64,000 nucleotides of DNA. Origin: Elusimicrobiota bacterium (lineage in GTDB: Bacteria; Elusimicrobiota; UBA8919). The position numbers and the translations under genes are program-made. Under the pieces are notes generated by a model. The model was not told the DNA's origin. It ran no database searches and saw only the letters and a list, made by a program, of their open reading frames with translations. Below, piece by piece: positions 18,058 to 26,628 of this stretch. How positions within the stretch are numbered: the stretch's first letter is position 1; each line of letters begins with the position of its first letter. The stretch lies in contig JAFGLF010000018.1 in assembly GCA_016928195.1 (NCBI GenBank), positions 30,731 to 94,730 of the forward strand, written 5' to 3'.

Positions 18058-18229
18058 AATATACCTCTTAATAGTGAGCGAGCAAGAAATTTGCTCGGTA
18101 CCCTTAAGGAGCGACTACCACCCAGCAGGAGCGACGCCAGAGCGAAGCCGACCCGCTTCGCTCTCGCTTCAGCGAGGCGAGCAGGGTGGTCGGCTGAGCG
18201 TGTCCGACAAATTTGCTTGCGAGCGACCG
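18058..18229. repeat. GC-rich mosaic hairpin element (family G)
   Basis: GAGCGA/TCGCTC words and stems such as GAGCGAAGC/GCTTCGCTC. Shares the 28-nt block GCGAGCAAGRAATTTGCTCGGTACCCTT with 6127-6154. Confidence 0.8.
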
Positions 18230-18646
18230 CTAGTCTCCTATTATTTTTACAAGTACCCGTTTTTTTCTTCTTCCGTCAAACTCACCGTAAAAAATCTGCT
18301 CCCAGGGACCGAAATCCAGTTTACCTTTGGTTATCGCAATAACCGCTTCTCTGCCCATTATCTGTCTTTTAAGGTGCCCGTCGGCATTGTCTTCAAAACC
18401 GTTATGCCTGTACTGGGATACCGGCTCGTGCGGAGCAAGCTTTTCAAGCCATTGTTTAAAATCATTTTTTAAACCTTCTTCCTCATCGTTTATAAACACG
18501 CTTGCCGTTATGTGCATAGCATTTACAAGGCAAATACCTTCTTTTACACCGCTTTTACTGACAAGTTCTCCAACCTTATCTGTAATATTTACAAATTCCA
18601 CCCTGCTTTTTGTATTAAACCATAAATGTTCAGTAAGTGATTTCAT
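18230..18646 (-). CDS. yjbQ: YjbQ/UPF0047 family protein (secondary thiamine-phosphate synthase-like)
   Basis: 138 aa. [23 protein letters not shown] and [17 protein letters not shown] are characteristic of UPF0047. Confidence 0.8.
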   Translation of the reverse strand: MKSLTEHLWFNTKSRVEFVNITDKVGELVSKSGVKEGICLVNAMHITASVFINDEEEGLKNDFKQWLEKLAPHEPVSQYRHNGFEDNADGHLKRQIMGREAVIAITKGKLDFGPWEQIFYGEFDGRRKKRVLVKIIGD

Positions 18647-18647
18647 T

Positions 18648-19787
18648 CTACTTTACTCCATCCGCAGGTTTGACTGTTTCTATTTTTTTCCAGAAACCGT
18701 TTTTCTCTCTTTTTATATCCTGATATGTCGCGTAAACCATAAGTGTAATTAAAAGTGCAAAACCAACGGAATTTGCGAATTGAATTACTTTAGTATTAAG
18801 CGGTCTTCCGGAAATACCTTCAAACAGATAAAACATTATGTGCCCTCCGTCTACAATAGGAATAGGAAGCAGATTGAGCATGCCCAGCGCAACTGATACT
18901 ATGGCTATAAATGTGAGAAACGCTTTCGGCCCGAGTTTTGCCATAAAATATGCCGCACGCATAATACCGACAGGACCGGAAACCTCGGCCGGGGCTTCAA
19001 AAAGCATAAGTTTCATATAAAGATATTTCAACGGCATTACCGTCCAGAAAACTACCTGGTTAAAAGCTTCCTTAACTGCTTTTACCGGTCCGACTTTTAC
19101 GGTAATTGGTTCGGAAGCCATATCATAAACAATACCGATTCTTGCTGTTTTAACTTTTTTATCATACTCCGGAGTAATCCTGATATCCAAAATACTATCG
19201 TCCCGCTTGATAGAAAAAAGAAGTTCATTGTTTTCTGATGACTTTACCATTTCCGAGACCCTATGGGCATCTTCAATGGTCTCTCCATTTATAGCTACAA
19301 TTTCATCGCCTGCTTCTAAGCCGGAACTAAACGCCGGCATGTCTTTTTCTACAAACTTTACCACAGGCCTTTGATATTGCACCCCCCAGATTATTATAAC
19401 AAACATAAAAATGAGAAAAGCGGAAATGTAATTCATAGCCGGACCGGCAGCAACAATCCCGATACGCTCATACCATTTCTTTGAAAAAAATTCATCTGAA
19501 GCACCGGTGCTTTCCGATATTTCTTCACCTGCCATTTTCACAAAACCGCCAAAAGGAATAGGCCTCACCGAATATCTTGTCTCATCCTCCATACCTTTAT
19601 CCTGGCTTTTAGAACCAAAGGAAAATTTTTTTCCTGTCCATCCGAAAAGTTCAGGTCCGAATCCAAGAGAAAAGTTCATAACTCTTACTTTCATTTTTTT
19701 GGCAATAAAAAAATGACCGGTTTCATGAATAACCACCACAAAACCGAACATTACCATAACAGCAATTACGCCTAAAACTATTGTCAT
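18648..19787 (-). CDS. rseP: RIP site-2 metalloprotease RseP (M50)
   Basis: HETGHF zinc site in TM1, a central PDZ segment and [12 protein letters not shown] near the C-terminus. Confidence 0.9.
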   Translation of the reverse strand: MTIVLGVIAVMVMFGFVVVIHETGHFFIAKKMKVRVMNFSLGFGPELFGWTGKKFSFGSKSQDKGMEDETRYSVRPIPFGGFVKMAGEEISESTGASDEFFSKKWYERIGIVAAGPAMNYISAFLIFMFVIIIWGVQYQRPVVKFVEKDMPAFSSGLEAGDEIVAINGETIEDAHRVSEMVKSSENNELLFSIKRDDSILDIRITPEYDKKVKTARIGIVYDMASEPITVKVGPVKAVKEAFNQVVFWTVMPLKYLYMKLMLFEAPAEVSGPVGIMRAAYFMAKLGPKAFLTFIAIVSVALGMLNLLPIPIVDGGHIMFYLFEGISGRPLNTKVIQFANSVGFALLITLMVYATYQDIKREKNGFWKKIETVKPADGVK

Positions 19788-20860
19788 ATCATCTCCTCAA
19801 CAATCTTTCTTGTTTCAGAATCAACCTGTAATATATCTTCCAATAAAGGATTTTTCACTGAACAATGTTTCTTCATTGCTCTCTCTATTAACTTAGGAAT
19901 CTTAAGAAAATCAATCTTATTTTCTAAAAATTTCCCAACAGCAATCTCATTAGCAGCATTTAAAACAGCCGGCATAGTACCCGATATCTTTGCTGCAGAA
20001 AGCGCAAGTTCAAAACACGGAAAATTTCTGGGATTAATCTTAAAAAACTCGAGTTTACCGACTTTTACTAAATCCAATCTTTTTACTGTCGAAATTTTTC
20101 TTTCAGGATAGGTAAGTGCATACTGTATAGGAAGACGCATATCCGTTCTTCCCATTTGTGCTATTATAGAGCCATCAACAAACTCAACCCCGCTATGAAT
20201 TATAGATTGAGGGTGTATTACAACCTCTATTTTACTATAAGGCACCCCAAAAAGATGATGCGCCTCTATTACCTCAAAACCTTTGTTTATAAGCGTAGCT
20301 GAATCAACTGTAATCTTTCTACCCATTTTCCATGTCGGATGTTTTAATACGTCTTTAACTGTTACAGCTGAAAGTTTCTTATACGAATAATTTCTAAAAG
20401 GACCTCCGGAAGCGGTTAAAATCACTTTTGACAATTCTTTTGGATTTCTACCGTCTATACACTGAAAAATCGCAGAATGTTCACTATCAACAGGAATAAT
20501 TTTAACGGAATACTTTTTTAATAGTTTTTCTATTAGAACACCGGCAACAACAAGTGATTCTTTATTGGCTAGTGCAATTCTTTTTTTTAACTTAATAGCA
20601 TTTACAAGGGACGTCAATCCGACGGAACCAACAACGGCAATCAAAACAACATCCGCTTCTTTAATCAAAGAAATATTTTTCAGCCCGTCGCGTCCAACAG
20701 CAACAATTTTTGGTTTGTTTTCTTTTATCTGTTTCCTAAGAAGCGTTATATTTTTATTGGCTGAAAGTCCTATAATCTTGAAATTTTTCAGATGAGAAAC
20801 AACGTCAAGCGCAGATGTCCCGATTGAGCCTGTGGAACCAAGAATAGAAATTTTTATCAT
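19784..20860 (-). CDS. dxr: 1-deoxy-D-xylulose 5-phosphate reductoisomerase
   Basis: ILGSTGSIGTS, LANKESLV, DSEHSAIFQC and NKGFEVIEAHHLF. 4-nt overlap with rseP. Confidence 0.93.
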   Translation of the reverse strand: MIKISILGSTGSIGTSALDVVSHLKNFKIIGLSANKNITLLRKQIKENKPKIVAVGRDGLKNISLIKEADVVLIAVVGSVGLTSLVNAIKLKKRIALANKESLVVAGVLIEKLLKKYSVKIIPVDSEHSAIFQCIDGRNPKELSKVILTASGGPFRNYSYKKLSAVTVKDVLKHPTWKMGRKITVDSATLINKGFEVIEAHHLFGVPYSKIEVVIHPQSIIHSGVEFVDGSIIAQMGRTDMRLPIQYALTYPERKISTVKRLDLVKVGKLEFFKINPRNFPCFELALSAAKISGTMPAVLNAANEIAVGKFLENKIDFLKIPKLIERAMKKHCSVKNPLLEDILQVDSETRKIVEEMI

Positions 20861-21708
20861 TAGAGGACGAAAAACTTTATGTAGTAGTAAAATACCGGGG
20901 CGGAAAAAATAAAACTATCAAGTTTATCTAAAACACCTCCATGCTCTTTAAGAAGTGTTGAAGAATCTTTTACGCCTGCAGAACGTTTTATAAGTGATTC
21001 TGCCAGATCGCCAAACTGTGACGAAACACTGATTAAAATACCGAGAAAGAAAACATCGGAATATTTTAATGAGCTTATATAGAAAATACTTTTATTTAAC
21101 GGTTGTATCGATGTTAGGAATTTCCACGCAAAAATTACAAAAATAGCCCCTGCAATAGACGCAACCATACCTTCAATGGATTTTTTGGGGCTTATGCGCG
21201 AAAGCCTATGTGTCCCATAGGCTGATCCGAAAAAATAAGCCGCGGAATCTGCAGACCAGACAGTTATAAATAAAAGTAACGTATATTTAAATCCATCGGG
21301 TCTTAAATCACGTAAAAGTAAAAAGTGCCCGGGAAGCCAGCCGAGATAAATAATTCCCAAAAAAGTAATTGCAAGCGCAGGAATTGCCGTACGGATATCA
21401 TACCTTATTATTTCGAAGATAAAAAGGAGGGGAACTGACATTGTAAATATCAGAGTGGTTGTTTCACTTGAATCAAAAGATGCAAATTTCTGACCACTAA
21501 AAAATATTGAGGTAATAACTAAAAATATAATTATATTACCAAATATCTTTCGCGGAACAAAGCCCATTTTTGAAACTAAAATCCAGTATTCGTATGCCGC
21601 AAAAAGACACGAACCGCAAATTAAAACAAAAAACGGAATATATCCTATGTAAATAGCGACCAACACAACCGGAATCAAACCCAGTGCTATAAGAATTCTA
21701 TATAACAT
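20860..21708 (-). CDS. cdsA: phosphatidate cytidylyltransferase
   Basis: Polytopic membrane protein. C-terminal CDS signature is recognisable but degenerate (SLIKRSAGVKDSSTLLKEHGGVLDKLDS). Confidence 0.88.
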   Translation of the reverse strand: MLYRILIALGLIPVVLVAIYIGYIPFFVLICGSCLFAAYEYWILVSKMGFVPRKIFGNIIIFLVITSIFFSGQKFASFDSSETTTLIFTMSVPLLFIFEIIRYDIRTAIPALAITFLGIIYLGWLPGHFLLLRDLRPDGFKYTLLLFITVWSADSAAYFFGSAYGTHRLSRISPKKSIEGMVASIAGAIFVIFAWKFLTSIQPLNKSIFYISSLKYSDVFFLGILISVSSQFGDLAESLIKRSAGVKDSSTLLKEHGGVLDKLDSFIFSAPVFYYYIKFFVL

Positions 21709-21716
21709 AACAAAAC

Positions 21717-22397
21717 CTATAAGCCTCCGAACCTTTTAACTCTTTTTTGATATTCGGAAATCGCATTTAAAAAATCATGCTTTTTAAAATCCGGCCACAA
21801 AATATCGGTTGTATAGAACTCGGAATATGCCGACTGCCATAAAAGAAAATTGGAAATTCTGTTTTCCCCGGATGTCCTTATAATAAGTTCAGGATCGGGA
21901 AGTCCTGCTGTATAAATGTATTTTTTGAAAGTTTCTTCTTTAACATCTTTTATACCGGTTCCAATAATTTTGTTTACAGCATTAACAATCTCCTGACGGC
22001 CTCCGTAATTTAAAGCTACATTTAATATCATTCCTGTATTGCCGGCAGTAATATCAACCGCAGAATTTATTTCCTTTACTACATCCTCCGGTAATTCTGT
22101 GACGTCCCCTATCACTCTTAATCTTAAATTATTCTTTTTAAATTCTTTAATCTTTTTTCTTAAAAATATTTTTAATAAACCAAAAAGTCCTTTTATCTCA
22201 GTCGCAGGTCTTGCCCAATTTTCTGTAGAAAACGCATACAATGTTAAAACTGCAACTCCCAACGCATTAGCAGATCTTATTATTTCCTCGACTCTTTTAA
22301 CACCTTCTCTATGCCCAGAAAGACGCGGAAGGTTTCTTTTCCGAGCCCAACGGCCATTGCCGTCCATTATTATTGCTATATGCTTTGGTATATCCAT
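21717..22397 (-). CDS. uppS: di-trans,poly-cis-undecaprenyl-diphosphate synthase
   Basis: HIAIIMDGNGRWA and RTSGENRISNFLLWQ. Start set to ATG 22397. The 26-aa N-terminal extension in the track is repeat-derived. Confidence 0.93.
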   Translation of the reverse strand: MDIPKHIAIIMDGNGRWARKRNLPRLSGHREGVKRVEEIIRSANALGVAVLTLYAFSTENWARPATEIKGLFGLLKIFLRKKIKEFKKNNLRLRVIGDVTELPEDVVKEINSAVDITAGNTGMILNVALNYGGRQEIVNAVNKIIGTGIKDVKEETFKKYIYTAGLPDPELIIRTSGENRISNFLLWQSAYSEFYTTDILWPDFKKHDFLNAISEYQKRVKRFGGL

Positions 22398-22509
22398 TCG
22401 CTTTGCGAATACGTTTATATGCTTATATGCTGATACGTTGATACGATTAAATGTTCTTACATATCTACATATCACCGTATTTCCATATCATCGTTACGTT
22501 GTCTCCTAT
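22398..22509. repeat. dyad word array, CTGATAC/GTATCAG family
   Basis: GCTGATACGTTGATACG (22428-22444) is identical to the 17-mer at 50476-50492. Followed by reverse CATATC and TATCA words. Confidence 0.8.
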
Positions 22510-23067
22510 TTAGACTTCCATTATTTCTTTTTCTTTATGAAGCAGAATTTCATCTATTTTCTTTACATTACTATCTGTCAATTTCTGTAATTCATCCTGT
22601 GATTTAAATCTTTCGTCCTCTGTTATCTTCTTTTCGTTAAAATCTTTCTTAAGAACCTCAATAGCATCTCTCCTTTCGTTTCTCAAAATAACTTTATGCT
22701 CTTCGGTAATCTTTTTGGCTGTTTTTATAATGTCTTTTCGCCTTTCCTCTGTTAACTGCGGGATTGGAAGCCGTATAACCCTTCCATCATTCTGCGGAGT
22801 TATTCCTATATCTGCCTTTAATATTGCTTTTTCGAGATCGGGAAGTACGCTTTTTTCCCATGGTGTAATAACTATTAATCTGGATTCAGGAATCGAAATA
22901 CTTGCCACCTGATTTACAGGGACATCAGTGCCGTAGTACTTTACTTTTATACCGTCTAAAACTGCAGGAGTTGCACGACCTGCTTTAAGTGTTTGTAATT
23001 CCGACTTCAGATGTTCTATTGTTTTTCTCATTTTTTCTTCAATCTGCATTACAACTTGTTTAGACAT
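22510..23067 (-). CDS. frr: ribosome recycling factor
   Basis: 185-aa RRF family (LDGIKVKYYG, EERRKDIIK). Confidence 0.95.
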   Translation of the reverse strand: MSKQVVMQIEEKMRKTIEHLKSELQTLKAGRATPAVLDGIKVKYYGTDVPVNQVASISIPESRLIVITPWEKSVLPDLEKAILKADIGITPQNDGRVIRLPIPQLTEERRKDIIKTAKKITEEHKVILRNERRDAIEVLKKDFNEKKITEDERFKSQDELQKLTDSNVKKIDEILLHKEKEIMEV

Positions 23068-23184
23068 CTTCCCCCCTCCACTTTATTAGAAAATACGTTG
23101 ATAAGGAAATACGGTGATATGGATGAAGGTTTCACATATTTACATATCAGCATATCAACATATCAACATGTATTTACGTTTCTT
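23068..23184. repeat. dyad word array, GATA/TATC family
   Basis: Forward GTTGATA, GGTGATA and GGATGA. Centre GAAGGTTTC. Reverse CATATCAGC and ATATCAAC x2. Confidence 0.75.
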
Positions 23185-23802
23185 TTATTCTTCACCGACC
23201 TTGAATCTTACAAACTTTTTAACTGAAATATTTTCGCCTATTTTTGCGACAGCGTCTGTAATGAGTTCTTTTACCTTCTTCTTACCGGAGGTATCCCTGA
23301 TGTACGGCTGTTCAAGAAGGCATATCCTTTCATAAAACTTACTTAAACGCCCGGTGATTATTTTATCAATGATTTTCTCGGGTTTACCTTCTTTCAATGC
23401 CTGCGCTTTCAATATTTCTTTTTCTTTTTCTAATTCGCCGTCAGGGACATTTTCTTTACTTATAAAAGAAGGAGTGGATGCTGCTATCTGCATTGTCAGT
23501 TCTTTACCCAGATTTTTAAAATCATCGGTTTTGGCGACAAAATCCGTTTCACAGCTTAATTCAAGAAGTACACCGAGTTTATCTCCGGGATGCATATATG
23601 AAAAAATTAAACCCTCTTTTGTCGTTCTTGTTGCCTTTTTTAATGCAGTAACAACCCCTTTTTCCCTCAGTTTTATAACAGCTTTTTCTTCGTCGCCATT
23701 CGTCTCAACCAATGCTTTTTTACAATCCATCATTCCGCATCCGGTTTTTTCTCTTAAACGTGAAACCATTTCACCTGTTATCTTGGACTTTACATCATTC
23801 AT
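23185..23802 (-). CDS. tsf: translation elongation factor Ts (short form)
   Basis: N-terminal UBA-like EF-Ts domain (LREKTGCGMMDCKKALVETNGDEEKA) plus the core. 205 aa. 4-nt overlap with rpsB. Confidence 0.9.
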   Translation of the reverse strand: MNDVKSKITGEMVSRLREKTGCGMMDCKKALVETNGDEEKAVIKLREKGVVTALKKATRTTKEGLIFSYMHPGDKLGVLLELSCETDFVAKTDDFKNLGKELTMQIAASTPSFISKENVPDGELEKEKEILKAQALKEGKPEKIIDKIITGRLSKFYERICLLEQPYIRDTSGKKKVKELITDAVAKIGENISVKKFVRFKVGEE

Positions 23803-24647
23803 TTCTCTTCTACCTCCGTATTAGTTTCTTTTTTTTCTTCTTCTGTGGAGCCAGAATCATCCTGTTTGGTCTCAGAATGCGACTCGTCACTTTTTGTAAG
23901 GGGTATTGCCGTATCAGATGCAAACTTTTCCTCTGCAGTTACACCATGACTGCTTGTCTCTTTTATAGCAGATCTACCTTCTAAGACAGCATCGGCAATA
24001 ATACCTACCAGCAAACTTATAGATTTTATTGCATCATCATTACCGGGAATACAGCAGTCAACAAGATCAGGGTCACTATTGGTATCACATATTGCAACTA
24101 CCGGAATATTTAAACGGTTAGCCTCGTCAACTGTGGTCTTTTCATTAACAGGATCGACGATAAATATTACACCCGGCAGTTCCTCCATATTTTTAATTCC
24201 TGTTAATGTTAAACTTAATTTTTTCATCTCTTTTGTCAGCATGGATATTTCTTTTTTAGGAAGTTTTTCTAAAATACCCTCGGATTTCATTTTCTCAAGT
24301 TCCTTAAGGCGCGCAACATTTTTTCTGATTGTTTCAAAATTAGTAAGTGTTCCGCCAAGCCATCTTGTTACTACATAACTGGCTCCGCATCTTATTGCTT
24401 CGTTTTTAACAATCTCCTGTGCCTGATGTTTTGTCCCGACAAAAAGAACCGGTGTGCCGTTAGCAGAAATATCCCTGATAAATTTACAAGCTTTCTTCAG
24501 TTCCTTAACTGTTTTTGCAAGGTCTATAATATGTACCTTGTTTCTGTGTCCAAAAATAAATTTTGACATTTTGGGATTCCATTGACTTTTTTGATGCCCG
24601 AAGTGGACACCGGCTTCGAGCAAACCCTTCATCGATACGCTACTCAT
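23799..24647 (-). CDS. rpsB: 30S ribosomal protein uS2
   Basis: GVHFGHQKSQWNPKM and the uS2 core. Acidic C-terminal extension of about 50 aa. Confidence 0.95.
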   Translation of the reverse strand: MSSVSMKGLLEAGVHFGHQKSQWNPKMSKFIFGHRNKVHIIDLAKTVKELKKACKFIRDISANGTPVLFVGTKHQAQEIVKNEAIRCGASYVVTRWLGGTLTNFETIRKNVARLKELEKMKSEGILEKLPKKEISMLTKEMKKLSLTLTGIKNMEELPGVIFIVDPVNEKTTVDEANRLNIPVVAICDTNSDPDLVDCCIPGNDDAIKSISLLVGIIADAVLEGRSAIKETSSHGVTAEEKFASDTAIPLTKSDESHSETKQDDSGSTEEEKKETNTEVEEK

Positions 24648-25668
24648 TTTTTCCTCCTTTACCGTTATTTGTGCTGATTTTTGTTAATTTTTCTATTATC
24701 TCAAAAATTTTGGCAAAAATCAAGTAAAATTTGAACAAAAAGCGATTAACAAACCCCCTTCTCCTGACAAGGGATAATACCTTTATATTTACGTCCTCAG
24801 TAATAACCATCTTTCCTACCACACCGGCAGCAAGTCGTACGGTAATTATCAGATTATCCTTTGTTTCCGTAATTTCATGGATCTTCGAAGGAAGTGCCAC
24901 AGGCATATATGCATTTCGTCCGCCTAAAAGCCCGCTTAAATACTGTGCTATTTCTCTATTATCGTTTATAAGAACAAAAATTTCATCGCCAATCGATAAT
25001 ACCCCAGCTTTTACAAGAGGTCTGCCTTCTGAAAAAGGAACCACATTAATCGAAAGAGGGTCCGTAAAAGTAAGGTCATATTCCTTGAACTTAAACTCCA
25101 TCTGCTGCGGAATTATTTTATCAGGCATCTTTTTAAACTGTGCCAGATTTAATTCTTCCAATAAAACCTCAAAATTGATTGCTGATGTTTTTAGAGGACC
25201 GCTTAAAATATCTTCTAAAATATCAGTAACCTCCATAATATTCCTTTCTTTTACCGCACTAAAAAAACTCTCATTATATTCATCAAGAATCTCGTCTACA
25301 ATTGTTGATTCAATATTAAGAGTTACATCGGGAATGCTCCCGGAAACCAGTCTGGCCGTGTATAATTTCCTTTCGTACTCATACCAATTCTGCGACAAAT
25401 CAGATTCATATACTTTCGGATTATACGTCACCAATGCTTTTGTTCTTAAATGATGCTGATGCTTAATATCAACTATTATGGTCAACATCCCGTAAAGATG
25501 ATATCCGAAAGTATAGAATTTAGTTTTTACTACAATGATGTCTTTTAATAAATCAAAAATCTTTGATATAGACTTTGATATATCATAATTACAGGATTCA
25601 AGAGCAAGCATCGCCTGCCCCTCATCACAACCAGTTTCTTCCATAACCAAACGTATACTGTCCTGCAT
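24640..25668 (-). CDS. hypothetical protein with N-terminal UBA-like helical module
   Basis: 342-aa uninterrupted ORF that overlaps the rpsB start by 8 nt. The N-terminus (ETGCDEGQAMLALESCNYDISKSI) resembles the UBA/EF-Ts N-terminal fold. The rest is unrecognised. Confidence 0.5.
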   Translation of the reverse strand: MQDSIRLVMEETGCDEGQAMLALESCNYDISKSISKIFDLLKDIIVVKTKFYTFGYHLYGMLTIIVDIKHQHHLRTKALVTYNPKVYESDLSQNWYEYERKLYTARLVSGSIPDVTLNIESTIVDEILDEYNESFFSAVKERNIMEVTDILEDILSGPLKTSAINFEVLLEELNLAQFKKMPDKIIPQQMEFKFKEYDLTFTDPLSINVVPFSEGRPLVKAGVLSIGDEIFVLINDNREIAQYLSGLLGGRNAYMPVALPSKIHEITETKDNLIITVRLAAGVVGKMVITEDVNIKVLSLVRRRGFVNRFLFKFYLIFAKIFEIIEKLTKISTNNGKGGKNE

Positions 25669-25689
25669 ATAGAATACACAAATTACAAA

Positions 25690-26628
25690 TTACGCTCTTG
25701 GATGAACTTTATTGTAAATCTTCTTCATTTTTGTTGTGGTTATATGTGTGTATATTTGTGTTGTTGAAAGATTTTTATGTCCCAACATTTCCTGGACACT
25801 TCTTATATCACACCCGGCATCGAGAAGATGCGTGGCAAATGTATGTCTTAAAGAATGCGGAGTAATTTTTTTTACTATTCCTGCTTTCTGAAGATATTTA
25901 TGGATCATTTTCTGTATCCATCTGGCAGATAATTTTCCCGTGTGGTACCCGGCAAAAAGTACCGGGGACGAATCATCCCTCATTTTTAAGTATTTCCTTA
26001 CAATGGTCAGTGCTGTATCGCCGACAGGCACAAGACGCTGTTTTGACCCCTTCCCGGTCACTTTTATTATACCGGAAAAAAAATCAATATCACTTTTATC
26101 CAGCCCAATAAGTTCGGATATTCTTATACCGGACGAATAAAATAATTCGAGGATTGCCCTGTCCCTTAAACCCAAAATATTTGAAGTGTCGGGCACTGAA
26201 AGTAAAATCTTTATTTCTTCAACCGTCAAAAAATCCGGAAGGTGATTCTCTTTTTTAGGTGTAACAACCGCATCCATGGGAGACACTCTTAACAGTTTAC
26301 ATTTTACAAGAAACCCTAAAAACCCACGTAATGCCGCAATTTTCCTTATTACCGTTGTTTTCTTTTTTGTCTGTCCAAGAATATTTACAATATAATCCCG
26401 AACCACAAGTTTATCAATATTTCTTATGTCGGTTTTCTTCCCGGTAATAAAGCCAAGAAACTGTTTAATATCTCTTCTATAAGCCAATTCTGTATTTTTT
26501 GAAATATTTTTCTGAATTTTTAAAAACTGTATATATTTTTCTATTTTCTCATCCTGAATATCAGATTCACTTAATTTTTCTTTGCTGTTTAATAAAATAT
26601 CACGGGATTTATTAGGTTTTATTTTCAC
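25690..26628 (-). CDS. tyrosine site-specific recombinase, XerC/XerD family
   Basis: SAM-like N-domain. Catalytic SGIRISEL, HSLRHTFATHLL and LGHKNLSTTQIYTH. Confidence 0.88.
   Translation of the reverse strand: MKIKPNKSRDILLNSKEKLSESDIQDEKIEKYIQFLKIQKNISKNTELAYRRDIKQFLGFITGKKTDIRNIDKLVVRDYIVNILGQTKKKTTVIRKIAALRGFLGFLVKCKLLRVSPMDAVVTPKKENHLPDFLTVEEIKILLSVPDTSNILGLRDRAILELFYSSGIRISELIGLDKSDIDFFSGIIKVTGKGSKQRLVPVGDTALTIVRKYLKMRDDSSPVLFAGYHTGKLSARWIQKMIHKYLQKAGIVKKITPHSLRHTFATHLLDAGCDIRSVQEMLGHKNLSTTQIYTHITTTKMKKIYNKVHPRA

Noticed and set aside
18074-18472. GTG-initiated plus-strand ORFs through GC-rich elements (6122-6325, 18074-18472, 18091-18342, 58581-59105)
   Set aside because: They start inside hairpin repeat elements and continue antisense to real genes. 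The Arg/Ala/Gly-rich starts merely reflect the GC-rich repeat.
21717-22475. N-terminal extensions in track ORFs (uppS 22398-22475, trmD 51241-51303, topA 28625-28663, priA 57152-57181, phosphohexomutase 63066-63110, phosphoesterase 17703-17741, LysM 31802-31858, GmrSD-like 2757-2909)
   Set aside because: The extensions are translations of spacer repeat words, or they overlap upstream genes. Conserved N-terminal motifs and SD sequences support the internal ATGs used in the feature list.
25690-26628. Tyrosine recombinase as a prophage or ICE integrase marking a mobile element
   Set aside because: It has XerC/D-type length and motifs. It overlaps topA and is embedded among housekeeping genes, with no att-like repeats, tRNA or phage genes.
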